DNA from: Candidatus Poribacteria bacterium
GTDB lineage: Bacteria > Poribacteria > WGA-4E > PCPOR2b
Assembly: GCA_965208675.1 (NCBI GenBank)
Contig: OZ242351.1
Location: 4,384,001-4,448,000 of the forward strand
Direction of reading: 5' to 3'
DNA: 64,000 bases
Part shown: positions 8,486 to 17,423 of the stretch, one piece after another
Numbering within the stretch: position 1 is the first letter of the stretch
Layout: every line of letters starts with the position of its first letter
Notes under the pieces: generated by a model
Database searches by the model: none
Seen by the model: the letters and a program-made list of their open reading frames with translations, nothing else
What the model was told of the DNA's origin: nothing
Made by a program: the position numbers and the translations under genes

Positions 8486-8761
8486 AGCTTTTGTAGGTTG
8501 GGTTAAGCGGAATAAATGAGAGACGCGAAAGATGCCGAATGGATATCGGTATTTGAACATGTGCGGTAATTGTTAGGGGTAGCGAACCCAACGCTTTTCG
8601 TTAATTGGGTGGTGTTCTGGTCATCGGGCGACGTTCGTAATTATGAAAAGCGTTGGGTTACGCTCCGTGGATCGGATATTGGATGTCGTTAGGTTTCCCA
8701 GAGCGTCACGTGGACTTGTACATCATTCGGTGAAATCCGCTCAACCCAACCTACAAAAGCT
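8486..8761. repeat. REPIN/MITE-like long inverted element (GTAGGTTGGGT family)
   Basis: Outer IR AGCTTTTGTAGGTTGGGTTAAGCGGA / TCCGCTCAACCCAACCTACAAAAGCT; inner IR AACCCAACGCTTTTC / GAAAAGCGTTGGGTT; homolog at 29014..29278 and many half-copies. Confidence 0.85.
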
Positions 8762-9356
8762 GTCCGTGGTCGTAGGGGCGGGGTTCCCCCGCCCATTGAG
8801 CGGCTGGAGGCGGCGAATTCCCGACCATACACATTTAATATGGGAACAAAGGGTTGGGGAACCCAACCCCTACGAATAATCGAATATTGGATGTCGTAAG
8901 GTTTCCCAGCGCGCCACGTGAAATTGTACATCATTCGATGAAATCCGCTCTACACCAACCTACAAAAGCTGTCCGTGGTCGTAGGGGATCAACCGACCGA
9001 ATAGGGAGGGATCAACTGAGCGAATAGCGAAGGCGATAGTCTTGTCTTCTCCGACACCCATCGATTGTATAGTATCGCGGCTGGGAAGCCGCTCCTACAA
9101 GAACTGGGAAAGTCGAATCGCGGCTGGAAGCCCCTCCCACAGGAGCGGGATTGCGATGCCCGGCGCAACGACAACAATAAATCCACATTTTTATGAAACC
9201 GCGATTTGGGGCAAAGCGTATTTTATTTGTACAATGTCAGGTTCAAGATCTAACTGAATAAAATGAAACCGAGTTTATTCTTCAAAACTCGGTTTCTAGC
9301 AGCCAAAACTCGGATTTTGGCATTACTGATATCCTGCGGAACTTGGCAGAAAAGTA

Positions 9357-9500
9357 TTGACAGATGTTAAAATCTGTTGTACTATGTAGCAGATTCTGAA
9401 GGCATGTGTCGGGGCGGTTTCGGCTGGGGCAAAAAGGGGCGAAAAACACCAAAAAAGTCCCAAGAAAAGTCTTGACAACTTGCGGGATCTGTTATATTAT
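9357..9500 (+). promoter_or_regulatory. Tandem sigma70-type promoters upstream of the first giant gene
   Basis: TTGACA-17-TACTAT (9357-9385) overlapping palindrome ACAGAT-N6-ATCTGT; TTGACA-17-TATTAT (9472-9500). Confidence 0.65.
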
Positions 9501-9864
9501 AGTTATGTGTTGCGTCAGGGCTGCGCGGCGAGTTTGCCGAGTGCCCGGGAGCGGCACGAGAATTACGGGCTTCATTCTAGACAGCTACTCTCTAGAGGAT
9601 CAACAAGCGGCACCCTCCGGAGACACGTTTTGAGTGAGGACAACATTTCAGTCAGTGTGTGGAGGGTGTTTCAACCCTCATGAGTGAGTCCCGAAAACCG
9701 GACGTGCGGGTTTCGGGGTTTTGTTGATTCTGTTGTTATGATTTATTGGAAAGGGAGACTAACCGATTATGGATAGTTCAACTAGGGCTTGCGAATCCAG
9801 CAAGCGAAACAGACTAAAATTCAATTCTTCAACATACAAACAAGCAAGGAGGAAACATAAAGTC

Positions 9865-12800
9865 ATGTTGAGTAGAATTTCGAAAATGAGTGTTTTCGGT
9901 ATCGTTGCGCTCATGCTCGTGCTCGGGCTGACGGCGGACGATGCGTTGGCACAAGAGGCTCCGGCTGCTGGAACTTATGCGATAAGCGTGGCATATGATC
10001 TAGACGGAACAGCGATCACAAATCTGCGCGCAGCGGGCACAGCTACGGTAACGTTTACCCTCACTGTCGCCGGTCGCGAAAATAAGGATGAGGGCGGCAC
10101 CAATCGGCCCAAAACTCCTACGGCGGCGCGGACGGTCCAGATTGACATTCCGGCAAATTGGTCCCCGCCTGCAAAAGCGTTATCCGGCGCTGATGCAGAT
10201 GAAGCGGGCGAGGTGAGGTTCCAAAAGGGTGGCACTACTATTACCAACAATGCCGACGCGTGGATTTCCAATGGCGGACGAACCTTGAATATCAAAATTG
10301 CCGAGGGAAACGCCGGTAACGGAGAATATACCGCCGAATACGCAAATGCGACTATACCTACCCGCAGGGGCAACCAGTACAGATTTTTCGTCAGAAACGC
10401 AGATGTCACCGAGTTGCCGTATGTCGTTGATTACGCAGTGAGCGGGTCGGGTAGAGTCTCGATGGGGCCGTTCAGCCCGTTGTCAGTCAAGGTTGGCGAT
10501 CCGGCAGCTGATCACGCCTATAACGGCGCGTACGTTTTCAAAAGCAAAGATCCAATAAGTCCGTTGAGGTTTACTTACACGGCGGCGGGTTCTTTGCCAG
10601 AGAATGCATACATTACCATAGCTATGGCTAATGGATTCACGCTTCGAGATAAACCAAAGTCGGTAGTGTCCGTGACCGGATCCGGTTCGCCGGAAATTTC
10701 ATTTCCGGATGAAGCCACTTTAGTTACTGAGACTGCGACCACGTTGCGCGCCACGGTAAAATCAAAAGGCGGACTGGGACCCAACCAGTCGTTTACCGTA
10801 ACCATTACAGGGCTTGCGGCACCGGAGGTTACTACGGCGCTAGATATTGACAATACCATTACGGTAAGTTCCGTGTCAGGTAATACGACTGCAGATTCTG
10901 CTCGTACTGCGGTTGTGCTTGAAACTCCTGCTGTGAATGTCCTCAAGACAGGGCAAGCAGCAGATGCGGCAGACGCAGTTAGAGGGAGATTCGACTTCTT
11001 TACGACCGCAGTCCCCGGCACCGGCGAACTCGCAATTATGCAAGGTACGGACGCCCGTCAAAACACGCGCGTCGAGGAAGGGTTTGATTTAGGCACGTTG
11101 CGGTTTGACATAACCGGCACGACCGGTATGGGACCGAATGCCAAATTTCAAATTGTGGTTCCGGGCGCGCCTTGGCCCGCGCCGATTAAAGCGCCTGACA
11201 AGATTGGTGTCCCCGGCAGCGCGGATACCGCTGGACACGTTATCAACGGCGATGTTAACACCGGGGCTCGCACAATCAGCGGAAGCCTTACAACAAACGC
11301 AAATCCTCCCGTGGCTAATACAGAATTGACCAATGCTGGGGGTGGGATTACCTACCGAGTCGGGGCAATATCGGAACATGGCAAGCATGAGTTCAGGCTT
11401 TTGACAAGTTCCGGCCACCCAAGCGCCGACGGCGGTTCCTTGGTAGAGAGAACCGGTGGCGGTTACCGCCGGTATATTGAAGTCACGGCGAAGCACGGCA
11501 GCGGTACGTTTGCTGTTTTGGAGAATGGCGTGCCGTTAGCGCAGTCAAAACCGGCAGCCGAGCATACCCTCCAGTTAGTCTACACCGCCTCTGGCCGCAT
11601 GCCTCAAGGAACGGTTCAGTTTGTGGTTCCGGCGAATTCGGATCCGGTGAGTGACCCGGCGCTGCCGTGGAAACTGCCGCGCCGCGACAACGGCGTTGCC
11701 CCGTTTGAAGAAGGCGAGGTGACGTTTAGCAATAACGCGACGTTTACTGTCGGTACCGACGGGGTTATCACCGCGACAGGATCGTGGGGACCAGGCGCCC
11801 AAATAATAGTTACATACAGGGGCAAGGTGCCGGGCGCTGGGGACTCTACTCCGCAGACATACAAGTTTAGGGCGAGAGCATCGTCGTTTAATTCGGGCGA
11901 TCCTGCCGTGCCTAACTGGCCACAGAATGACGCTAATGAAGATGTCTATCTTGAGCATACGATTGGTCCCAATCGCGCGGCAGACGGCAGCGGTACGCTC
12001 GCAATTGAGCCGCGGACAGCGAATGCCAGCGAGACGATTGATTTGAAGATAACTTACAAAGCCGCGGGCACGATGGATGACGGATCAATTGTTGAGGTTA
12101 CCGTTCCCAATGGTTGGCCCGATCTCGTTGCGTCATCGGTCGGAGTTGGCGTCGAAGGCATCGCGGCAACCTTAAGTGTAGGGACGAGGGCGATTACCGC
12201 TACCACCGCTGATCAGATGAATGCGGATTCCATACTCGTGCTCAACGTGGCGGGAGTTGTGGCGCCGGCTGTCGGCGGGGGTTACCAGTTCACGGCGCAA
12301 TCAAAATCTCACGGAGGGCTGCAGTCTCTTACCGCTGCGCAGATTACCGACGCAGTCGTCACTGTTAGCGAACGGGCTTCCGGTTCCGCCGTGCTTACGC
12401 TGTTGAGGGATGACGGTTCGACAGCGGATTCTGTCGAACCCATGGATTCGTTTGAATCTGCCAAAATCGTTTTCACGGCTGGCGTGGCGATGCAACCCGG
12501 TGCGGAAGTTAAGGTCACGATTCCGGATGGCTGGATGCAAAGGCCTTTCGAGGACAACGGTATGCCGCGCACGAGCGGCGAGGTTACGCTTGAAGGGAAG
12601 GCTGATCTTGATGTCCAAGGCGACGTGCTAGTCGCTAAGGCGAACGCTCAGATTAACGCTGGCGAAACCGTGACGTTCACCTACCATATGCCGATGGCGC
12701 CTGCAGACCCAACAACATCGAATTTCGAAACCGTGGCGTCAATTGTCGAAGGCGGGGGATTACTCTCGGTTGCAAATCAGCAAACGAGCGTGGTCGTCAG

Positions 12801-15800
12801 AAGTAAGGTTGCCGCATTGACGCTTACCGCCGATTCGGCGACGAGCGTATTCGTGGGCGAGTCTGTCACACTCACAGTAATGTCAGATGCGCGCGCTCCC
12901 GTTGGCGGCCTTTCGGTATCGTTAGCGACCGATCCGGCTGATACAGGGATGTTCTCCCTGACCGAAGACGGGGCAGCCGCCACTTCGGTGATGATTGCGG
13001 ATTCGCCGGATTCGATGTCCACCACGTTTTATTACATAGCCCCAAGCTCCATTGACATGGAATCTGTCGATGTCATGCTGACGGCGACGGCTATGGTGGA
13101 TGGCGAAGCCGTTGCATCTGAACCCGTGGCTGTTGAGGTCAGATCCAAGATTAGCATGCTGCAGGTTAACGGCATGGATGATCCCGATCCGGTGGAGGTT
13201 GGCGCCACGATTACGGTGACAGCTATCGGTGAAGATGCAGATGGATCCGTTACGGTGACCGACGCTGACGGCGCGGAAGTCGAAGGTCTAGTAGATCTTG
13301 GACTCGATCCCGACGCCAGTGCTACTGACGTACCGGCAGGAAACGTAGGTCACATGCGTGAAATTAATTTGCCGGACGATCTTCCCGAAGGCATGTACAC
13401 TATTACTTTGACCATTGCCGGCGAGTCACAGTCAATCGATATCAATGTCGTGGCTGCGAGAGCAGCGGTTACCGAATTGACGCTCACCACGTCCGAAATG
13501 AGTTTCTTCGCGGGCGGGTCAATCACTGTCACGGTTGCAGCGGATGCTCGCGCACCGGTTGGCGGTCTTGAGGTGACATTGTCGACCGATCCCGCAGATT
13601 CGGGTATGTTCTCCATGACCGAAGGCGGCGACGCCGTCACAATGGTGATGATTCCGGATTCCGCGGAAACAATGTCTGCAATGGTTTATTACACCAACGC
13701 TGCGTCAGGCGCTGTTACCCTGATGGCTGCGGCGGGCGACGACCTTTCGGCTTCTGTTGAGGTTATGGTCAATCCCACGATTACCGTTCAGGTTAACGGC
13801 ATGGACGCCCCGGAGGGCGTGCAGGCTGGTGACACGCTTGCTGTGACGGCGATGGGTAAAGCCGGCGGCGGTACCGTAATGGTTACCGACGCTGCAGGCG
13901 ACGTAGTCGGGTCTCTAACCGGGCTTGGGCTTAATGTCGATGCCGATGCCGAGGACGTTCCCGAAGGCAGCGTTGCTTACATGCGTGACGTTGAGTTGCC
14001 GGCTGATCTGGCTGACGGCACCTACATGATTACCGTGACCATCGGCAGCGAATCGGCTACAGTTTATTTCAGTATTGAAACCCCGCCAGCGGAGGTTGAT
14101 GCCATCGCTATTTCGGCTGATCCCACTAGCGTGTTTGTCGGCGAAGAGGTTAGCCTAAATATAACGTTGTGGAGCGGCGCCGATGCCGCGAACGCCGTGG
14201 GCGATATGGTTGTGATGCTGACAAGTTCGTCCGATACCAGCGTCCTTGCCGATTCGGTCACGATTGCCGATGGCGAGAACGGGGTAATGACGACCTTCAG
14301 CGATACGTCGGGTGGCATGGTGACAATCACTGCCACATCTGGTGATTTAAGCGCTGAGGTCATCGTCGAGGTCAAACCCACGATTTTCAATTATCAGATT
14401 AACGGCATGGACGATCCAGGCCCGTTGACGGCTGGCGTAACGTTAACTATAACCGCCACCGGTAAAGAGGGCAAAGCCACCGTAATGGTAACTAATTCGG
14501 ATGGTGATGCGGAGGTGCCGGCGAAAGGGCTTACGGGACTCGATGAAGAGCCCGACGAAGACGGCAACATCGCCTACACGCGCGACATTGACCTGCCGGC
14601 TGATCTTGTCGACGGCATGTACACAGTTACGGTTGCCATTGCCGGCTCGACGGCTGACATTGAAATCGAAGTCATAAACGACCAATCGCCGCCGGCGTTG
14701 AGCAACCAGAAGGTATTGCCCGACGTGGTTGCGAGCGGCAGCGTGTTGACGCTTAGCGTTGACGTGAGTTCGAATGTGCCTAATCCCACGTTGTCGGTGA
14801 TGGCGGATGTCAGCGAGATTGACGCCGATGCGGCTGCAGTTCAACTGATGAAACTGCCCGCGTCGGAGAGCACCTATGCCAGCATCTACGTGGTCCAAAA
14901 CAGCGACCCTGCGGACGACGGCATGAAGACCATCACGTTCAAGGCAACTGACAGGATTGGCGGCATGAGCGAAATGACGGCGACCACGTCGTTGAAGAAC
15001 GACGTTACACCGCCGGTGTTAAGCGACGCGGCTGCAATGCCTTCACCAGTTGTGAACGGTATGGACGTTACTATCTCCGTTAATGGCGGCGAATCCGGAC
15101 TTACGGTCACGGCAGATGCTTCCGCAATCGGCGGCGACGCCGCAGCGGACCTGACCGAGGGCATGGACGAAAATATGGCTGGCACGGGCATGTATAGCAG
15201 CATGCCAATTACGGTTTCCGTTAGCGCAGGCGGCGATTATACCGTCTCCATCAAAGCCGTTGACGGCTCCGGCAATGACGCCTCCATGGACGTAACCGTT
15301 ACGGTCGAGGTGCACGAGGTGACAAGCGTGACCTTCGCGCCGGCTAAAGTTAGCACGGGCGAAGATGTTACGGTCACCGCGATGGGCTCGGCTGGTTTGA
15401 CGGCTATGTTCAACGTGTTCGATGCCGACGGTATGAAAATCGTCGATGGGAAATCCATGGACGAGTCCGATGTTGACGGCAGCTATATGGGCAGTTTCAC
15501 GGTTGTTGTTGATATGCATCCCGCCGGTGAGTATTGGGTGTCTGCCAGCATAGGCACAGCCGATGCTATGACGGCTGACGGTTCGCTCACCATCGACCAC
15601 GAGAAACATTTCACCCTGTCAATCGGTGCGGGTACGCATGCGATTCATATTCCGTTGGATGTTGACGGGATTGACACGGTCGGCGATGTCTACGACATGC
15701 TCGGCGACTCGGTCAACTTCATCATCACGTTCATCGACGGCAACCCCGTAAGTTACCTCGGCGACGAGAGCGCGGGCAGCATGGCGGACGCGGCTATCGG

Positions 15801-16806
15801 CGACGATACCGGTCTAATTGCCGTGATGAAGAGCGCTGCGACGCTAGAATTAACGGGTCAAGCGTTAGGTACCGGCGGCACTTCCAGCATTAGCATTGCT
15901 GTCGGGAACAACCTCGTCGGCGTCCCGCTGGATCCGGCCGTCGACATGATGATTAGCGACGCGATAATACCAGGTGTCGAGGCAATCGCTGTCTCCAACG
16001 CCGCTGGCGATGATTTCCACACGATTTACGCAGCCGGCGACGAAGGCGACGGACCGCTCATGGGCGGCGTCGGATACATCGTTGTCGCAAGCGCGGCGGG
16101 AAGTATCCCGATTGTCGGTACAGCGTGGGAGAACGATGGCGCTCCAATGGCGGCGCCGGGAATCGCTTTCAGCGGTTCGCAGACGCCTGTGCTGCATGTT
16201 AGCGGCGGTCTGATAGATGAGTTCGACATGTTGTCACAGATTCCCGAAATCAGTGTCACCGTGAAGAATCTGTCCACAGGCGCATCGCTCGACACGGTTC
16301 TCGGAACGGAAGAGTCGGCGGCAGCGTACAGCGGTACGTTTGTCGAATTCAGCCGCCACGCAGCGAAGGCTGGGGATGTGCTGGAAATCGTAGCGCACTC
16401 GCCAAGCCCGTTCGTCGGCGTACGGCCGGTACCGCAGATTGTCGTTAGCGCGGAAGAGGTGTTGACCAGCCGTATCAGCCTCCCCGATCTGGAACTCTAT
16501 GAGATTCCGTCGGAGACCGAGCTGTTGGCTAACTACCCGAATCCGTTTAACCCTGAAACCTGGATTCCGTACCGGTTAGCGAAAGCTGCCGAAGTGACGT
16601 TGAGTATCTATGACACCAACGGCGCCTTGGTACGGTCCATAGATGTCGGCTTCAAACCAGCCGCTGTGTACGAATCTCGTGCATCGGCGATATACTGGGA
16701 TGGCCGCAACAACTACGGTGAACGCGTTGCCAGTGGCACGTACTTCTACCACTTGACGGCGGGCGAAGATTATGCTTCGACGCGCCGGATGGTGATTCTG
16801 AAGTAA
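9865..16806 (+). CDS. Giant secreted beta-sandwich repeat surface protein with C-terminal NYPNPF/FlgD-Ig (T9SS-CTD-like) domain
   Basis: Start reassigned to ATG 9865 (SD AGGAGG; signal peptide ending ALA|Q); repeated Ig-like modules; C-terminal ETELLANYPNPFNPETWIPY...YWDGRN...GTYFYHL...RRMVILK. Confidence 0.9.
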   Translation: MLSRISKMSVFGIVALMLVLGLTADDALAQEAPAAGTYAISVAYDLDGTAITNLRAAGTATVTFTLTVAGRENKDEGGTNRPKTPTAARTVQIDIPANWSPPAKALSGADADEAGEVRFQKGGTTITNNADAWISNGGRTLNIKIAEGNAGNGEYTAEYANATIPTRRGNQYRFFVRNADVTELPYVVDYAVSGSGRVSMGPFSPLSVKVGDPAADHAYNGAYVFKSKDPISPLRFTYTAAGSLPENAYITIAMANGFTLRDKPKSVVSVTGSGSPEISFPDEATLVTETATTLRATVKSKGGLGPNQSFTVTITGLAAPEVTTALDIDNTITVSSVSGNTTADSARTAVVLETPAVNVLKTGQAADAADAVRGRFDFFTTAVPGTGELAIMQGTDARQNTRVEEGFDLGTLRFDITGTTGMGPNAKFQIVVPGAPWPAPIKAPDKIGVPGSADTAGHVINGDVNTGARTISGSLTTNANPPVANTELTNAGGGITYRVGAISEHGKHEFRLLTSSGHPSADGGSLVERTGGGYRRYIEVTAKHGSGTFAVLENGVPLAQSKPAAEHTLQLVYTASGRMPQGTVQFVVPANSDPVSDPALPWKLPRRDNGVAPFEEGEVTFSNNATFTVGTDGVITATGSWGPGAQIIVTYRGKVPGAGDSTPQTYKFRARASSFNSGDPAVPNWPQNDANEDVYLEHTIGPNRAADGSGTLAIEPRTANASETIDLKITYKAAGTMDDGSIVEVTVPNGWPDLVASSVGVGVEGIAATLSVGTRAITATTADQMNADSILVLNVAGVVAPAVGGGYQFTAQSKSHGGLQSLTAAQITDAVVTVSERASGSAVLTLLRDDGSTADSVEPMDSFESAKIVFTAGVAMQPGAEVKVTIPDGWMQRPFEDNGMPRTSGEVTLEGKADLDVQGDVLVAKANAQINAGETVTFTYHMPMAPADPTTSNFETVASIVEGGGLLSVANQQTSVVVRSKVAALTLTADSATSVFVGESVTLTVMSDARAPVGGLSVSLATDPADTGMFSLTEDGAAATSVMIADSPDSMSTTFYYIAPSSIDMESVDVMLTATAMVDGEAVASEPVAVEVRSKISMLQVNGMDDPDPVEVGATITVTAIGEDADGSVTVTDADGAEVEGLVDLGLDPDASATDVPAGNVGHMREINLPDDLPEGMYTITLTIAGESQSIDINVVAARAAVTELTLTTSEMSFFAGGSITVTVAADARAPVGGLEVTLSTDPADSGMFSMTEGGDAVTMVMIPDSAETMSAMVYYTNAASGAVTLMAAAGDDLSASVEVMVNPTITVQVNGMDAPEGVQAGDTLAVTAMGKAGGGTVMVTDAAGDVVGSLTGLGLNVDADAEDVPEGSVAYMRDVELPADLADGTYMITVTIGSESATVYFSIETPPAEVDAIAISADPTSVFVGEEVSLNITLWSGADAANAVGDMVVMLTSSSDTSVLADSVTIADGENGVMTTFSDTSGGMVTITATSGDLSAEVIVEVKPTIFNYQINGMDDPGPLTAGVTLTITATGKEGKATVMVTNSDGDAEVPAKGLTGLDEEPDEDGNIAYTRDIDLPADLVDGMYTVTVAIAGSTADIEIEVINDQSPPALSNQKVLPDVVASGSVLTLSVDVSSNVPNPTLSVMADVSEIDADAAAVQLMKLPASESTYASIYVVQNSDPADDGMKTITFKATDRIGGMSEMTATTSLKNDVTPPVLSDAAAMPSPVVNGMDVTISVNGGESGLTVTADASAIGGDAAADLTEGMDENMAGTGMYSSMPITVSVSAGGDYTVSIKAVDGSGNDASMDVTVTVEVHEVTSVTFAPAKVSTGEDVTVTAMGSAGLTAMFNVFDADGMKIVDGKSMDESDVDGSYMGSFTVVVDMHPAGEYWVSASIGTADAMTADGSLTIDHEKHFTLSIGAGTHAIHIPLDVDGIDTVGDVYDMLGDSVNFIITFIDGNPVSYLGDESAGSMADAAIGDDTGLIAVMKSAATLELTGQALGTGGTSSISIAVGNNLVGVPLDPAVDMMISDAIIPGVEAIAVSNAAGDDFHTIYAAGDEGDGPLMGGVGYIVVASAAGSIPIVGTAWENDGAPMAAPGIAFSGSQTPVLHVSGGLIDEFDMLSQIPEISVTVKNLSTGASLDTVLGTEESAAAYSGTFVEFSRHAAKAGDVLEIVAHSPSPFVGVRPVPQIVVSAEEVLTSRISLPDLELYEIPSETELLANYPNPFNPETWIPYRLAKAAEVTLSIYDTNGALVRSIDVGFKPAAVYESRASAIYWDGRNNYGERVASGTYFYHLTAGEDYASTRRMVILK

Positions 16807-16828
16807 GTGTTCACCTCAGAATAACCCT

Positions 16829-16874
16829 ATTAGCTGCTAGGCGGGCTTGTGTGCCGCCTAGCAGCTAATTTTTT
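16829..16874 (+). terminator. Rho-independent terminator
   Basis: ATTAGCTGCTAGGCGG...CCGCCTAGCAGCTAAT followed by a T-run. Confidence 0.85.
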
Positions 16875-17222
16875 GTTTTAGTGTGAATTCCAAATTCGGT
16901 AGGCGCGGTTTCAAGGGAATTTTTGGTAGGCGCGGTTTCCCAACCGTGCTGACCGGTTCGGAATATCGCGGCTGGGAAGCCGCTCCTACGGGTGGTTAAT
17001 TTAATTGTATCACGGCTGGAAGCTGTTGCCACAGGTGGGAGAATTGAAAAGGCGGACGGCACACGGAGTGTGCCTGCTACTTTATCGCGGCTGGAATTTG
17101 TAACTACAAAAATCTATTGTTTGGCATCAAAAACGTGAAATTGGCGCCCCATACGGTAGGCACGGTTTCCTAACCGCGCAAATTAAATCGCCAAATTTTT
17201 CGTTAAAATCGAATAAACAACT

Positions 17223-17251
17223 TTGAAAACCGTTGTTGGCTGTGCTATAAT
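17223..17251 (+). promoter_or_regulatory. sigma70-type promoter of the second giant gene
   Basis: TTGAAA-17-TATAAT with TG extension. Confidence 0.6.
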
Positions 17252-17423
17252 AGATATGTTTCGACGGCTTTATAAAACATACATTCGATCTGGTGTATTT
17301 TAATGTTTGGAAATTTTGTTGTGTTTGATGAAGTGGTGTGGTTGGTCATGGGTCGGGCTCACTTTCCGAAGCCCGCATGTGAGCAGAATTTAGTGATGAG
17401 CGAAATTTTTGGGAGGTTGAATA

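Noticed and set aside
8586-8658. ACCCAAC...GTTGGGT as an integron attC site (fits RYYYAAC/GTTRRRY)
   Set aside because: The arms pair continuously without the attC unpaired spacer and extrahelical bases, the sites do not follow cassette stop codons, and no intI is present. The GTAG-REP interpretation fits better.
2769-9043. GATCAA-N6-GAATAG tandems as a CRISPR or TIGR-type guide array
   Set aside because: At most two units per site, 6-nt spacers reused at several loci, and no cas or effector gene in the window.
9769-9864. ORF-track N-terminal extension of the giant protein
   Set aside because: A better SD and a clean signal peptide start at ATG 9865.
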